Origin: an uncultured archaeon | GTDB lineage: Archaea > Asgardarchaeota > Jordiarchaeia > Jordiarchaeales > Jordiarchaeaceae | Direction: 5' to 3' | Assembly: GCA_964510585.1 (NCBI GenBank) | Contig: CAZECW010000027.1 | Location: forward strand, 13,595-45,594 | Length of the DNA stretch: 32,000 bases | Part shown: positions 1-8,787 of the stretch, in pieces | Numbering within the stretch: position 1 is the stretch's first letter | Layout of the letters: the number at the start of each line of letters is the position of its first letter | Translations under genes and position numbers: made by a program | Notes under the pieces: model-generated | What the model saw: only the letters and a program-made list of their open reading frames with translations | Told to the model about the DNA's origin: nothing | Databases searched by the model: none

Positions 1-2
1 CT

Positions 3-1121
3 TGGCTGGATAACTATCCATACTCCAAGCTTAAGAGGTCTTGGGCAGTGGGTATCGCGGGAACCGTTCTAAACATAGTTGTGGTTTGGTTCATGGTTTA
101 TGTGGTGTTCTACCAACTGATCGGTAGCTTGGTCCCTGAGGCCAGCTTTCCGAAGCTTCTCGCGTACGGGTTCCCCATCGAAACTGCGCTTTACATTTCT
201 TCATCCGCTACTGGTATGGTCACCGGGGCTACGTTTTCCTTCGGTTTACTTTGGGTAGCAGGCACAATGTTTTGGCCCCTCTACCACGCCAAGCAGCCGA
301 AAAGGGGACTTTACAGTGTCCTTCTCGCATTCGCCATTGGGCTGACCGCTTGGTACTTTTTACTCCTTCCACCTGTCTCTCAGATGGCGCAGAACTCCGC
401 AGCAATATTAACGTTTATGGGCCTCTCAGAGCTTCAACCAGCCATGAGCACAATATACACCATTATAATCTACTACTACACAGTCTCGTGGTTCTACCTT
501 AACACTGGAGCCCTGAGAATGCTTAACTTGACTCAGTGGGTAATTTTCTTCGCACTGCTCACAATGCTAACCTGGGAGTATGAGCCTTGGATAAGGCTGA
601 AAAAACAGCCTTTGGTAGGCATGGTCGCTTTCGTCTCTTGCACGTTTCTAGGTGTGCTCTTCGGACTCGTCCTATCACAAATGGTATACACGCCGCCTAT
701 CCCCTCGTCTTACGTGTGGTTTGCGTTGGGCCAAACGTTACTGGCTCCTATGGCAGAAATTGCGAGGGAGGGTGCGAGGTGGACGGCTCCGCTAGTCTTA
801 GCAGTGTTCTTCATTATGGCAGAGTTTATCCTCTATTTCTACTTTGACAACTGGCCCAAAAAGTACAATAAACTGGTCAACATCGCGGTGAGAACTGTGA
901 TAGTCGTCCTGGGAGGGCTGGCAATGCTTTATCTATACTACCTATTCTCGGCCAGAATCATTGGCGACCCGGACATACTCACGATGCTAAGTTACCCCAT
1001 ACTCTTCCTAGACCCTAGACCACTGACAAACCCATTACCCTTCCAGCTCTGGCTCCTATGGGTTCTACTGCTACACGGATATGTATGGAGGAAATGGCCC
1101 ATCTGGAAGCCCCTAACATAA
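3..1121 (+). CDS. Multi-pass membrane protein, 5'-truncated by the window edge; possible transporter
   Basis: The frame is open from base 3 (WLDNYPYSKLKRSWAV...), upstream of the GTG at 48 used by the ORF track. It has about 10 hydrophobic segments and recurring aromatic-Pro...KQP..G motifs. No specific family recognised. Confidence 0.75.
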   Translation, partial: WLDNYPYSKLKRSWAVGIAGTVLNIVVVWFMVYVVFYQLIGSLVPEASFPKLLAYGFPIETALYISSSATGMVTGATFSFGLLWVAGTMFWPLYHAKQPKRGLYSVLLAFAIGLTAWYFLLLPPVSQMAQNSAAILTFMGLSELQPAMSTIYTIIIYYYTVSWFYLNTGALRMLNLTQWVIFFALLTMLTWEYEPWIRLKKQPLVGMVAFVSCTFLGVLFGLVLSQMVYTPPIPSSYVWFALGQTLLAPMAEIAREGARWTAPLVLAVFFIMAEFILYFYFDNWPKKYNKLVNIAVRTVIVVLGGLAMLYLYYLFSARIIGDPDILTMLSYPILFLDPRPLTNPLPFQLWLLWVLLLHGYVWRKWPIWKPLT

Positions 1122-1126
1122 AAAGA

Positions 1127-1155
1127 GGAGGGCAAGAACCCTCCAATTTCTTTTC
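1127..1155 (+). terminator. Hairpin plus T-rich tract after the membrane-protein gene
   Basis: GGAGGG(1127-1132)-CAAGAA-CCCTCC(1139-1144) followed by AATTTCTTTTC, 6 nt after the stop codon. Confidence 0.5.
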
Positions 1156-1329
1156 AACCCAAATTTTATGAATAATAAACTTCTCATAGAAAGCCAAAAG
1201 CAGTGGGATAAGCAAAACTTTTTTATTAAAAAAGTAGGTCTAATATAAACCCTAGCCTGTATGGATTTACCTTGATGAAAGGTTTGAGGGACGGTGAAGA
1301 AATTTTTCGTTATTTGGGAGTGGTTTGGT

Positions 1330-2190
1330 TTGCCGTATACTGAACTCAGGGATGGTGTGAGACTGTTTTTCGAAATCCGGGGAGAAGGGCCTCCCCTTGC
1401 GATGATAGAAGGGTGGGGATACTCCCGATGGATGTGGTTTAAACAGATTAACCACTTCTCAAAAAAGTATACATGCATCGTCTTTGATAATAGGGGGGTG
1501 GGTTTGAGTGATAAGCCCGATGAACCTTATAGTGTCGAGTTGTTCGCTGATGACTTGAGGGAGCTCCTTGACCATATTGGAGTTAGTAGGGCGCACATAC
1601 TAGGGATTTCTATGGGGGGCTTTATTGCCCAAAAGTTCGCCTTAAAGTATCCGGGGAGAGTGTTGAGCCTGATCCTTGTATCCACCCACTTTGGGGGAGA
1701 AAAAGCAAGGCAAACGCCAAAGGAAACCATGGACGCTATTTTGAGTATAAGAGAGGAGGACCTTGGGGCTGGAGAAGCCTTAAAGAGAAAGATGTCCTTT
1801 GCATTTAACCCAAAATACTTAGAGGAAAACCCAGAAGAAATAGACCAGATAATATCGTGGAGAATTGAGGAAGCTCAGCCAAGATACGCTTGGCTCAGGC
1901 AGGCCGAGGCTGTCCAAAACTTCAACCTTGGAAACAAAGCATCGCAAATAAAAGCCCCCACCCTGATTGTGGCAGGCACCAATGATCGGGTTGTCCCACA
2001 CCAGAACGCCGAGCTACTACTGGAAACCATTCCCAACTCGAAACTGGTACTTTTTGAGGGGGGCTCCCACCTCCTCTTTATAGAAAACGCGGACACCTTT
2101 AACAAAGTGGTTATGAAATTTCTAAACGAGGTGGATGAAGGAGTGTTTAGCACAAGTAAAAGAAAGATAACGATAAATGTTAAGAGGTGA
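1330..2190 (+). CDS. Alpha/beta-fold serine hydrolase (3-oxoadipate enol-lactonase/arylesterase-like)
   Basis: Nucleophile elbow GISMGG, DNRGVGLS, acid residue in GTND, catalytic His in GGSH. TTG at 1330 (MPYTELRDGVRLFFE) fits the family N-terminus better than 1294. Confidence 0.9.
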   Translation: MPYTELRDGVRLFFEIRGEGPPLAMIEGWGYSRWMWFKQINHFSKKYTCIVFDNRGVGLSDKPDEPYSVELFADDLRELLDHIGVSRAHILGISMGGFIAQKFALKYPGRVLSLILVSTHFGGEKARQTPKETMDAILSIREEDLGAGEALKRKMSFAFNPKYLEENPEEIDQIISWRIEEAQPRYAWLRQAEAVQNFNLGNKASQIKAPTLIVAGTNDRVVPHQNAELLLETIPNSKLVLFEGGSHLLFIENADTFNKVVMKFLNEVDEGVFSTSKRKITINVKR

Positions 2191-2194
2191 GCGC

Positions 2195-3721
2195 ATGTCT
2201 TGGAGCTGGATTGGAGACTGGTCTGAGAGGCGGGCTTCACTAACACCCAAGAAAGAAGCCCTAATATATGAGGAAAAATCATTCACCTACGGTGAACTGA
2301 ACTCTAGGGCCGATAGACTTGCAGGATATCTCGCTAAGAAAGGTGTCGGCAAGAGAGACAGAGTCTCATACCTTCTCAGGAACTGTGTAGAATGCTATGA
2401 CACCTTCTTCGCGACAGGAAAGCTCGGAGCCATCTTGGCCCCTATGAACATAAGACTTTCTCCCAGAGAGATGACTCTCTTAGTGAAGCAAGTAAAACCA
2501 AAAGTTTTCATTTACGACCCAGAGTTCGAGGAAATCGTAAAGGAGATAAAGAAAGAGGTTAAGAGAGTCGACTTTCTTTCTATAGGCGAGGGAGGAGAGT
2601 ACGAGGCAGCCCTCGATGAAGGAGGCGAAAAGCCGAAAAGAACGCTTGCCTCAATGGAGGATCCACACTTGATGCTGTTCACCGGCGGAACCACTGGTTT
2701 GCCTAAGGGGGCTATTCTTTCCCACAGGATGATTTTCTGGAACTCAGTGAACACTATAGTTACGTGGGGAATAACTCCTGAGGACATATCACCAATAGTT
2801 TTCCCACTCTTCCACACTGGAGGGTGGAACACACTCGCAGTCCCCCTAATCCATGTTGGAGGCAAAATGATAACTTGGAGAAAATTCAACCCCGACGACG
2901 TCTTAGACGCAGTGGAAAGGTACAAGTGCACCATAGTAATAGGCGCACCAACAATGTTCCACATGATGATGAACTCGCCGAAATTCGAAAAAACAAACAT
3001 ATCCTCAGTTAGAATGTGGATATCAGGAGGCGCCCCATGTCCCCTCCCAGTTATGGAGGCGTTCTGGAAGAGGGGCGCCGTCTTCATCCAGGGCTATGGA
3101 CTAACGGAGGCGGGGCCAAACAACTTTTACATGCCAGTCGAATACATGAAGGAGAAGCACAGGTCGGTGGGGCTGCCATTCTTCCACAACGAGGTTAAAC
3201 TTGTCAACGAAAAGGGGAAAGAAGTTGGGGTAGGCGTGCCAGGAGAACTCCTCATCAGGGGACCCCACACCTTCTCAGGATACTGGGAGATGCCCGAAGA
3301 GACATCAAAAACTATAGACAAGGAAGGTTGGGTTCACACAGGAGACATAGTCATGAGGGACAGCGACGGCTTCTACTACATAGTAGACAGGAAGAAGGAC
3401 ATGTACATTAGTGGAGGCGAAAACGTATACCCAGTTGAGATTGAAAACGTAATATACCAGCACCCGAAGGTGGCAGAGGTTGCAGTCATAGGGGTTCCAG
3501 ACGAGAAGTGGGGAGAAGTGGGAAAAGCAATAATTGTGCCCAAGCCGGGAGAGACCATAACCAAGGAGGAAATAGTGGAGTTCTGCAAAGGGAAACTGGC
3601 AAAGTACAAGGTGCCGAAATACGTGGCACTTGTCAACTCGCTTCCAAAGTCACCTGCAGGAAAAATACCAAAAAAAGACCTGAGAGGGGAATACGGGAAG
3701 CCGCAGGACGAAATACCCTAG
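2195..3721 (+). CDS. AMP-forming acyl-CoA synthetase (long-chain fatty acid/aryl-CoA ligase family)
   Basis: ANL-family motifs TGGTTGLPKG, QGYGLTE, HTGD, SGGENVYPVEIE and PAGKI. ATG at 2195 follows the SD GAGGTGA. Confidence 0.93.
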   Translation: MSWSWIGDWSERRASLTPKKEALIYEEKSFTYGELNSRADRLAGYLAKKGVGKRDRVSYLLRNCVECYDTFFATGKLGAILAPMNIRLSPREMTLLVKQVKPKVFIYDPEFEEIVKEIKKEVKRVDFLSIGEGGEYEAALDEGGEKPKRTLASMEDPHLMLFTGGTTGLPKGAILSHRMIFWNSVNTIVTWGITPEDISPIVFPLFHTGGWNTLAVPLIHVGGKMITWRKFNPDDVLDAVERYKCTIVIGAPTMFHMMMNSPKFEKTNISSVRMWISGGAPCPLPVMEAFWKRGAVFIQGYGLTEAGPNNFYMPVEYMKEKHRSVGLPFFHNEVKLVNEKGKEVGVGVPGELLIRGPHTFSGYWEMPEETSKTIDKEGWVHTGDIVMRDSDGFYYIVDRKKDMYISGGENVYPVEIENVIYQHPKVAEVAVIGVPDEKWGEVGKAIIVPKPGETITKEEIVEFCKGKLAKYKVPKYVALVNSLPKSPAGKIPKKDLRGEYGKPQDEIP

Positions 3722-4740
3722 CATGGCCCCCACTTAATTACTAAAGCGTCCCACGCATAACCTATACCTGCGCTAACTAGTACCACAAGGCTTCCATCCC
3801 TTATTTTTCCGCTTCTTAAACCCAACTCTAAGGATAGTATCTGGTCGCACTGTCCCAGATGGCCGTACTCCTCGAAATAGGTTGTCTGGTTCTCTTTTAG
3901 TCCCAGCTCGCTGAGTATGTAGTTATGTGCACTGCGTTTCATATGGAGAATTGCCAGGTAGTCTATGTCTTTGACGGTGTAGCCGCTTTTCTCCAGGGCA
4001 TCGTTGATCACCTTGAGGAAGTTTTTCATTGATAGGTCGTCGAGTCTGCGCTTCATATCCTCTGGGTCTCTTACGTCAAGGTAGTGGAGTTTACGCTCCA
4101 GGGTTTCGTGGCTTGTGGGCATTACGGTGCCTCCAGCCGGTACGTAGACGTCGTCCGCGAAGGAGCCGTCAGACATGAAGGCAGCACCTAATATGTGGTT
4201 GCTGGGATGGTTTTTTCTGAGAACTGCCGCCGCGCCCCCAGCGGCTAGGTTGAACATGAACCTTGTTCTTTGGTTTTGATAATTTATGAGGTCGCAGTTT
4301 CTGTATCCTGCGGCTACAAGGACTGTGTTTATGTCCTCGTTGGCTATCATCATGTCTTTTGCCAGTTTTAAACCGACAATCATTGTTCCGCAGCGTTGAG
4401 ATATGTCGAATGCCCAAGCGTTAATTGCGCCAACCTCGTGTTGAAGCTTAATCCCGGCAGTAATCATTGGGTACTCCTTGTACTCCTCTCCAGACCATAT
4501 AACTAAGTCGATATCCTCAGGATTGACATTCCCCCTTTCAAGTGCCGCCTTTGAGGCTTCGACACCCATGGATATTGGGTGGTCTTTATCGCTTGATGGC
4601 ATAACTTTCCTTAGTATTCCCATCTTTTCCTCAACGATTTGCTTAGGTACTCCTGAAGCCCTAGCTATATCCTCGCTTGTGTGGAAACCTTTAGGTACGT
4701 AAACACCTATCGAAACAACACCCACAGATGGCTTACCCAA
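3718..4740 (-). CDS. FabH/KAS III-like condensing enzyme (3-oxoacyl synthase III family) with Cys-His-His triad
   Basis: FDISQRCGT (catalytic Cys), ILHMKRS (His), YGHLGQCDQ (His at the usual Asn position), GIGYAW C-terminal motif. TTG at 4740 follows GGTGGTG; the ORF-track start is 4776. Its stop overlaps the ligase stop (3718-3721). Confidence 0.85.
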   Translation of the reverse strand: MGKPSVGVVSIGVYVPKGFHTSEDIARASGVPKQIVEEKMGILRKVMPSSDKDHPISMGVEASKAALERGNVNPEDIDLVIWSGEEYKEYPMITAGIKLQHEVGAINAWAFDISQRCGTMIVGLKLAKDMMIANEDINTVLVAAGYRNCDLINYQNQRTRFMFNLAAGGAAAVLRKNHPSNHILGAAFMSDGSFADDVYVPAGGTVMPTSHETLERKLHYLDVRDPEDMKRRLDDLSMKNFLKVINDALEKSGYTVKDIDYLAILHMKRSAHNYILSELGLKENQTTYFEEYGHLGQCDQILSLELGLRSGKIRDGSLVVLVSAGIGYAWDALVIKWGPC

Positions 4741-5252
4741 AATGAGCACCACCTTCCCTTCAAAATGGAGAACCACAAAGGCCTAAATGAGTTATGCTTA
4801 ATAAATTTTGCAAATGTGTTATATATACTTCACTGCTTTGCAGGATGTATTTAATTTTCCTGTTTGGTATGCTTTTCGAAAACTTGTGTGTCTCATTTAG
4901 CTTTTAGCGTCTATTCCTACTGGTTATGTGGTTTTTCATCTATGTTTTCTTAGCAGTGCTTCTTGCGACTCACAAACTATGCTTCCTAAAATGGGTGGAT
5001 TTAAAAAGGGGAGCCTTTAAGAGGAATTTTCTTAGCTGAGCCCTTTGTTTGTAAATTCATTTATTTTTCTGTGGCTTCACTCCCCTTGATGGCCAAAAAG
5101 TAGATACTTTTATTTATAATTGGGGGGAATAATAAGAAAAGAACCAATTGTTTGAGAATATGTGGTGAAAAAACAAGTTTGTTTCTATGTTTTTGGGAGG
5201 GTTGCGGTGTTATTACTTGGTGTGTTGTGTGAATTAGAGTTTTTGTGAAGGG

Positions 5253-6695
5253 GTGGCTGAGTTAAAATTGCTGGGAAAAGTCTTTAAACCCGTTTGGGAG
5301 GCTCTCGCAGTCCTTTTGGCGGGTAAATGTGAAAAGTGTGGTCGGGAACGTTTACTCTCAATTTTTGATTCATTTACTGGAAGGAGCGAATTTGTCTGTG
5401 AAGGTTGCTTGTTGGTCTCTGCTTTTTTGAAGCCTTTGATTCGCTTGTTTTTCTTCCGTATTGGTGTTGATAATAGTACACTAAGTGGGCTATTGGAGGA
5501 TGATTTGATTCGCAAGTGCATGCTTAGTGTAATTAGGGGCGTAGCTCTTTTTGGAATGAGGAATCCTCAGCCTACCGGTGCTCCGGTGACTGTTGTTTGG
5601 AACTTCACCAACAGGTGCAATCTTAACTGTTTACACTGCCATCAGGACTCCTCGGCCCACGCATCTGAACCGGAACTGACAACGTCTCAAGCCTTCAAGG
5701 TTGTTGATAACCTGGGCGAGGCGGGGGTAGCTGTTTTAACCTTTTCTGGGGGTGAACCGCTTCTACGTAGAGACGTTTACCAAGTAATCAGAAGATCTGA
5801 TGACTGCGGGATGCTCTGCACAATCGCCTCAAACGGAACCCTTATGACCCCAATGGTTGTAGAAAGGTTGGCTAGGGCGGGGATTAAGCGGGTGGAAATA
5901 GGATTGGACGGAGCAAGGGCTGAAACCCACGATTTTCTGAGAAACAAGCCTGGAAGTTTTGAAGCAACAGTTGAGGGAATAAAGAACTGCGCAAGGCAGG
6001 GCTTTGAAGAGTTGGCCACCACAATGACACTATACTCAAAAAACATCAACGAGCTTGAAGAAACAATGGAGTTAGCAGAGAAGCTGGGAGCAACTAGGTT
6101 CTATTTAAACCGACTTATACCTGCTGGTCGAGGAAGGGAATCAATACACCTTGACGTGACGCCCGAGGAAAAAATTAGAGCACTCGAAACCCTGTACAAA
6201 AAATTCTATAAAAGCATTGTTAGAGGAGGGGGCATGCAGTGCTATGCTCGGGGAATGACCTACTACGCTCGACTAGGTTATGAGCGTTCAGGTGGAAAAA
6301 TTTTCACGGTAAGCGAAGCCCTCTCTGGCTACGAGAACATGTTTCAAAGAAAGTTCGGCCTGGAAGTTTCCAAAATTGTGAGAAGGCTTGCCTCCGGTTT
6401 CGGTGGATGCTCAGCTGGCATAACCTATGCAGGGCTCACCCCATCCGGAGACCTCCTACCCTGCGTTCCCGCCCCCATAAAACTGGGAAACCTCCTAGAA
6501 AAAAGCCTAGAGGAAATTTGGGTTCACAACGAAACACTAAACTATATCAGAAACAGAAAAGATTTGAGGGGCTCCTGCAAAAAATGTGCATACAATTGGA
6601 TATGTGGCGGTTGCAGATACACCGCTTATGTGGCTACCAAAGATTGGCTGGGCCCCGACACTTCCTGTCCTTTCGGCCCAAAAATCTACGCCTAA
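5253..6695 (+). CDS. Radical SAM protein with C-terminal SPASM domain and N-terminal Cys-pair extension (PqqE/NirJ/AhbC-D-like clan)
   Basis: CNLNCLHC cluster motif and FSGGEPL. SPASM cysteines CSAG...PC...CKKC...CGGC...C. N-terminal CEKC and CEGC. Confidence 0.9.
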   Translation: MAELKLLGKVFKPVWEALAVLLAGKCEKCGRERLLSIFDSFTGRSEFVCEGCLLVSAFLKPLIRLFFFRIGVDNSTLSGLLEDDLIRKCMLSVIRGVALFGMRNPQPTGAPVTVVWNFTNRCNLNCLHCHQDSSAHASEPELTTSQAFKVVDNLGEAGVAVLTFSGGEPLLRRDVYQVIRRSDDCGMLCTIASNGTLMTPMVVERLARAGIKRVEIGLDGARAETHDFLRNKPGSFEATVEGIKNCARQGFEELATTMTLYSKNINELEETMELAEKLGATRFYLNRLIPAGRGRESIHLDVTPEEKIRALETLYKKFYKSIVRGGGMQCYARGMTYYARLGYERSGGKIFTVSEALSGYENMFQRKFGLEVSKIVRRLASGFGGCSAGITYAGLTPSGDLLPCVPAPIKLGNLLEKSLEEIWVHNETLNYIRNRKDLRGSCKKCAYNWICGGCRYTAYVATKDWLGPDTSCPFGPKIYA

Positions 6696-7124
6696 AAATT
6701 CAACTAATGAACCAACAAAGAAAGATTCGAAAAATGAAGCAGTTCATCGGAAAAAAGGATTAGTGAGGATTAAAGGAAAAATCTGTACTGAGGTTTTGCG
6801 GTTAACAAGCAGGACACTATTTCTTCCCTTTGCCCTGCAGAATTTATGATGCCATTCGTTCATTAGTTCCCCAAAAGTTTGTTAGGCGGTTTGCTCACCA
6901 CTTCCCTTCCACCGCTAATCCTTTGAGTAATAACAGGCACCATTTTCTGGTGAAAATGGTTTTTGTTTCTGCTTCCCTTTCTTTGGGGATTTATGTGCAT
7001 TTCGACCGGTAAAATATTGACGCAAGACTAAAACTGTCATAAGCAGTCTTTTGACCTTTCAAAGATTTATCATAATTATTCCGAGGAATCGAGTCTATTT
7101 CCTCAGTAAATCCTTCACCCTCTC

Positions 7125-7511
7125 CTAGAATTCTTTTAAGAATCCACTATCATTCTGGAGTATACTGTAAACCTTATTCATGTCTGAATTCCAGTACATG
7201 TGAACCAGCATGTTTCGGAAACCCGCTAGGTCTGATAAATTGTTTGCTAAATCAGTTAGTATTATGTTTGATTCTGAAAGTATCTCGAAAGTTTCCTTAT
7301 AAGTTAAAGGCTTTCTATGCCCCCTTTCCGCAATTACATGGTTAGCAATATCTATTGCCGACTGAATGCTTACCAGCATGGCGTGTAAAACCATGTTTCT
7401 CTTATCTCTATCTTTTGCTAAATCCTCTTTTGAAATAGACTGATAACGCTCCCAGTCACTAAGAGACGCTTTTAATTCCTGCAAATGCTGCAGTATTCCC
7501 TCCACGTCCAT
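7125..7511 (-). CDS. hepT: HEPN (DUF86/HepT-like) ribonuclease toxin, possibly C-terminally truncated
   Basis: LAGFRNMLVHMY contains the HEPN R-X4-H motif; also AIDIANHVIA and PLTYKETFEIL. The TAG at 7125-7127 is followed in frame by ERVKDLLRK and a second TAG at 7095-7097. Confidence 0.85.
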   Translation of the reverse strand: MDVEGILQHLQELKASLSDWERYQSISKEDLAKDRDKRNMVLHAMLVSIQSAIDIANHVIAERGHRKPLTYKETFEILSESNIILTDLANNLSDLAGFRNMLVHMYWNSDMNKVYSILQNDSGFLKEF

Positions 7512-7513
7512 AA

Positions 7514-7923
7514 CTATATCCTCGCTAGAAATTTTTTGTTAAACCAGTCAAGAGTCTCCTTGTAGTCGAGATAGTTTGAGATAACCTCAGCCTCAAATCT
7601 CACGCGCTTAACATTATCCCTAGAAAAAACAAGCTGGTCGCTCCTTATCACCTCATACTGGAAGGTGACTGGAGCCGTGTTAAGATCTTTTACGTCAAAC
7701 TAGTCGAGGCTTCACCTTACTCTCCAAAGCCCTTGCAACACTCATAGTAAACTTCATCAAACCGTAGGAATCATAATCTCCCCCCCACATAGATAGCTAC
7801 ATCTACATCTCTAAATCCCCGATCTCCAAGAAAAGAGCCGAAAACGTATCCAAAATCAACATCGCCGAACCCCCACAGAACCCCACCAATCCTTCCCAGT
7901 ATTTCTTCCCTTTCCTGAACCAA
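7514..7923 (-). pseudogene. mntA: Minimal nucleotidyltransferase (MNT) antitoxin with two frameshifts
   Basis: Manual translation: TTG at 7923 after GGAGG gives MVQEREEILGRIGG...YVFGSFLGDRGFRDVDVAIY (GS...DxD motif). Frameshift at the 7-C run (7780-7786), then DYDSYGLMKF...ALESKVKPRL. Second shift near 7700, then FDVKDLNTAPVTFQYEVIR...FEAEVISNYLDYKETLDWF, with a stop at 7514-7516, 2 nt before the HEPN ATG. Confidence 0.88.
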
Positions 7924-8787
7924 GAGCGAACCTCCAAAAACCAGTAAACCTATTCAGCAAAAAATAATAATCAGACTATAATATTTAAGACCTTCTGTGC
8001 CGAGGGAACACTAAAATCTGGAAAACTATTTTTGCAAGTTTTAATCATCCAAAGCTAAATGGAAGGGTTAAAAATGAGCCCCAAACCTCCCCGACTGGAA
8101 ACTACGTTTTTTCGCTTTTAGGCTTATGAGAAAGATTATGGCAACCAAGTTCCAAGATAGAGAAAAATAAAGACCCTTTGAGGTGATAGAAACAGAAAAA
8201 CTGAAACTCTCAGATAAAATGGTTAAAAACCGGTGAACTTTTCTCTGCCACTTTACCAATTTCTAGTGTTGATGATTACGGTGGATAAAGGTGGAGCTCC
8301 TGGCACTCTAGAATTTTTATCCTCTACTCTTCAAACTCATAACATAGCAAAAACCAGTATTATACCGAAAATGTGCACGTTTCATAACTCCAAACTCTTT
8401 AGTCAAAGGGAAAAACACACCCTAAAACTCGGGCATAAAAAGGCGTTGGGAATTAATTAACCAAAAAATTGGAGTAGATCTTCATAGCTGCTAGTCCAAG
8501 GAATATGGTAAAAGATCTATCAGAGCATTATGTACACGCATCGAAATCCGGCCAGAGGCAAATCCCCTAAAAAGTTTCTAGGAAGTAACTTTAACACTCC
8601 TAAAAATTTGGGTTCGGAAAAAGAGGAGAAACCGAATCTCTATCATCCTTCGGAAATACATGGTGCTTATGGGAAAATAATAGGGACACACGGTGAGACT
8701 TGATGCAGTAACCTCGGATAATGTTCAGAGAGGCTGGAAGAGCCCCCCTAAAATGTTGTACAAAGGCTTTTTACGTCCAAATATGAG

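Noticed and set aside
3718-4740. HMG-CoA synthase, or a true oleABCD cluster
   Set aside because: The motifs fit KAS III-like enzymes better. The neighbouring hydrolase has Ser rather than the OleB Asp nucleophile, and there is no OleD-like reductase.
6696-7090. Short ORFs downstream of the radical SAM gene as a possible precursor peptide
   Set aside because: No SD, no Cys/Trp-rich core and no consistent frame.
8640-8702. GKIIGTHG resembling ribosomal protein L35Ae
   Set aside because: An eight-residue similarity only, followed immediately by a stop.
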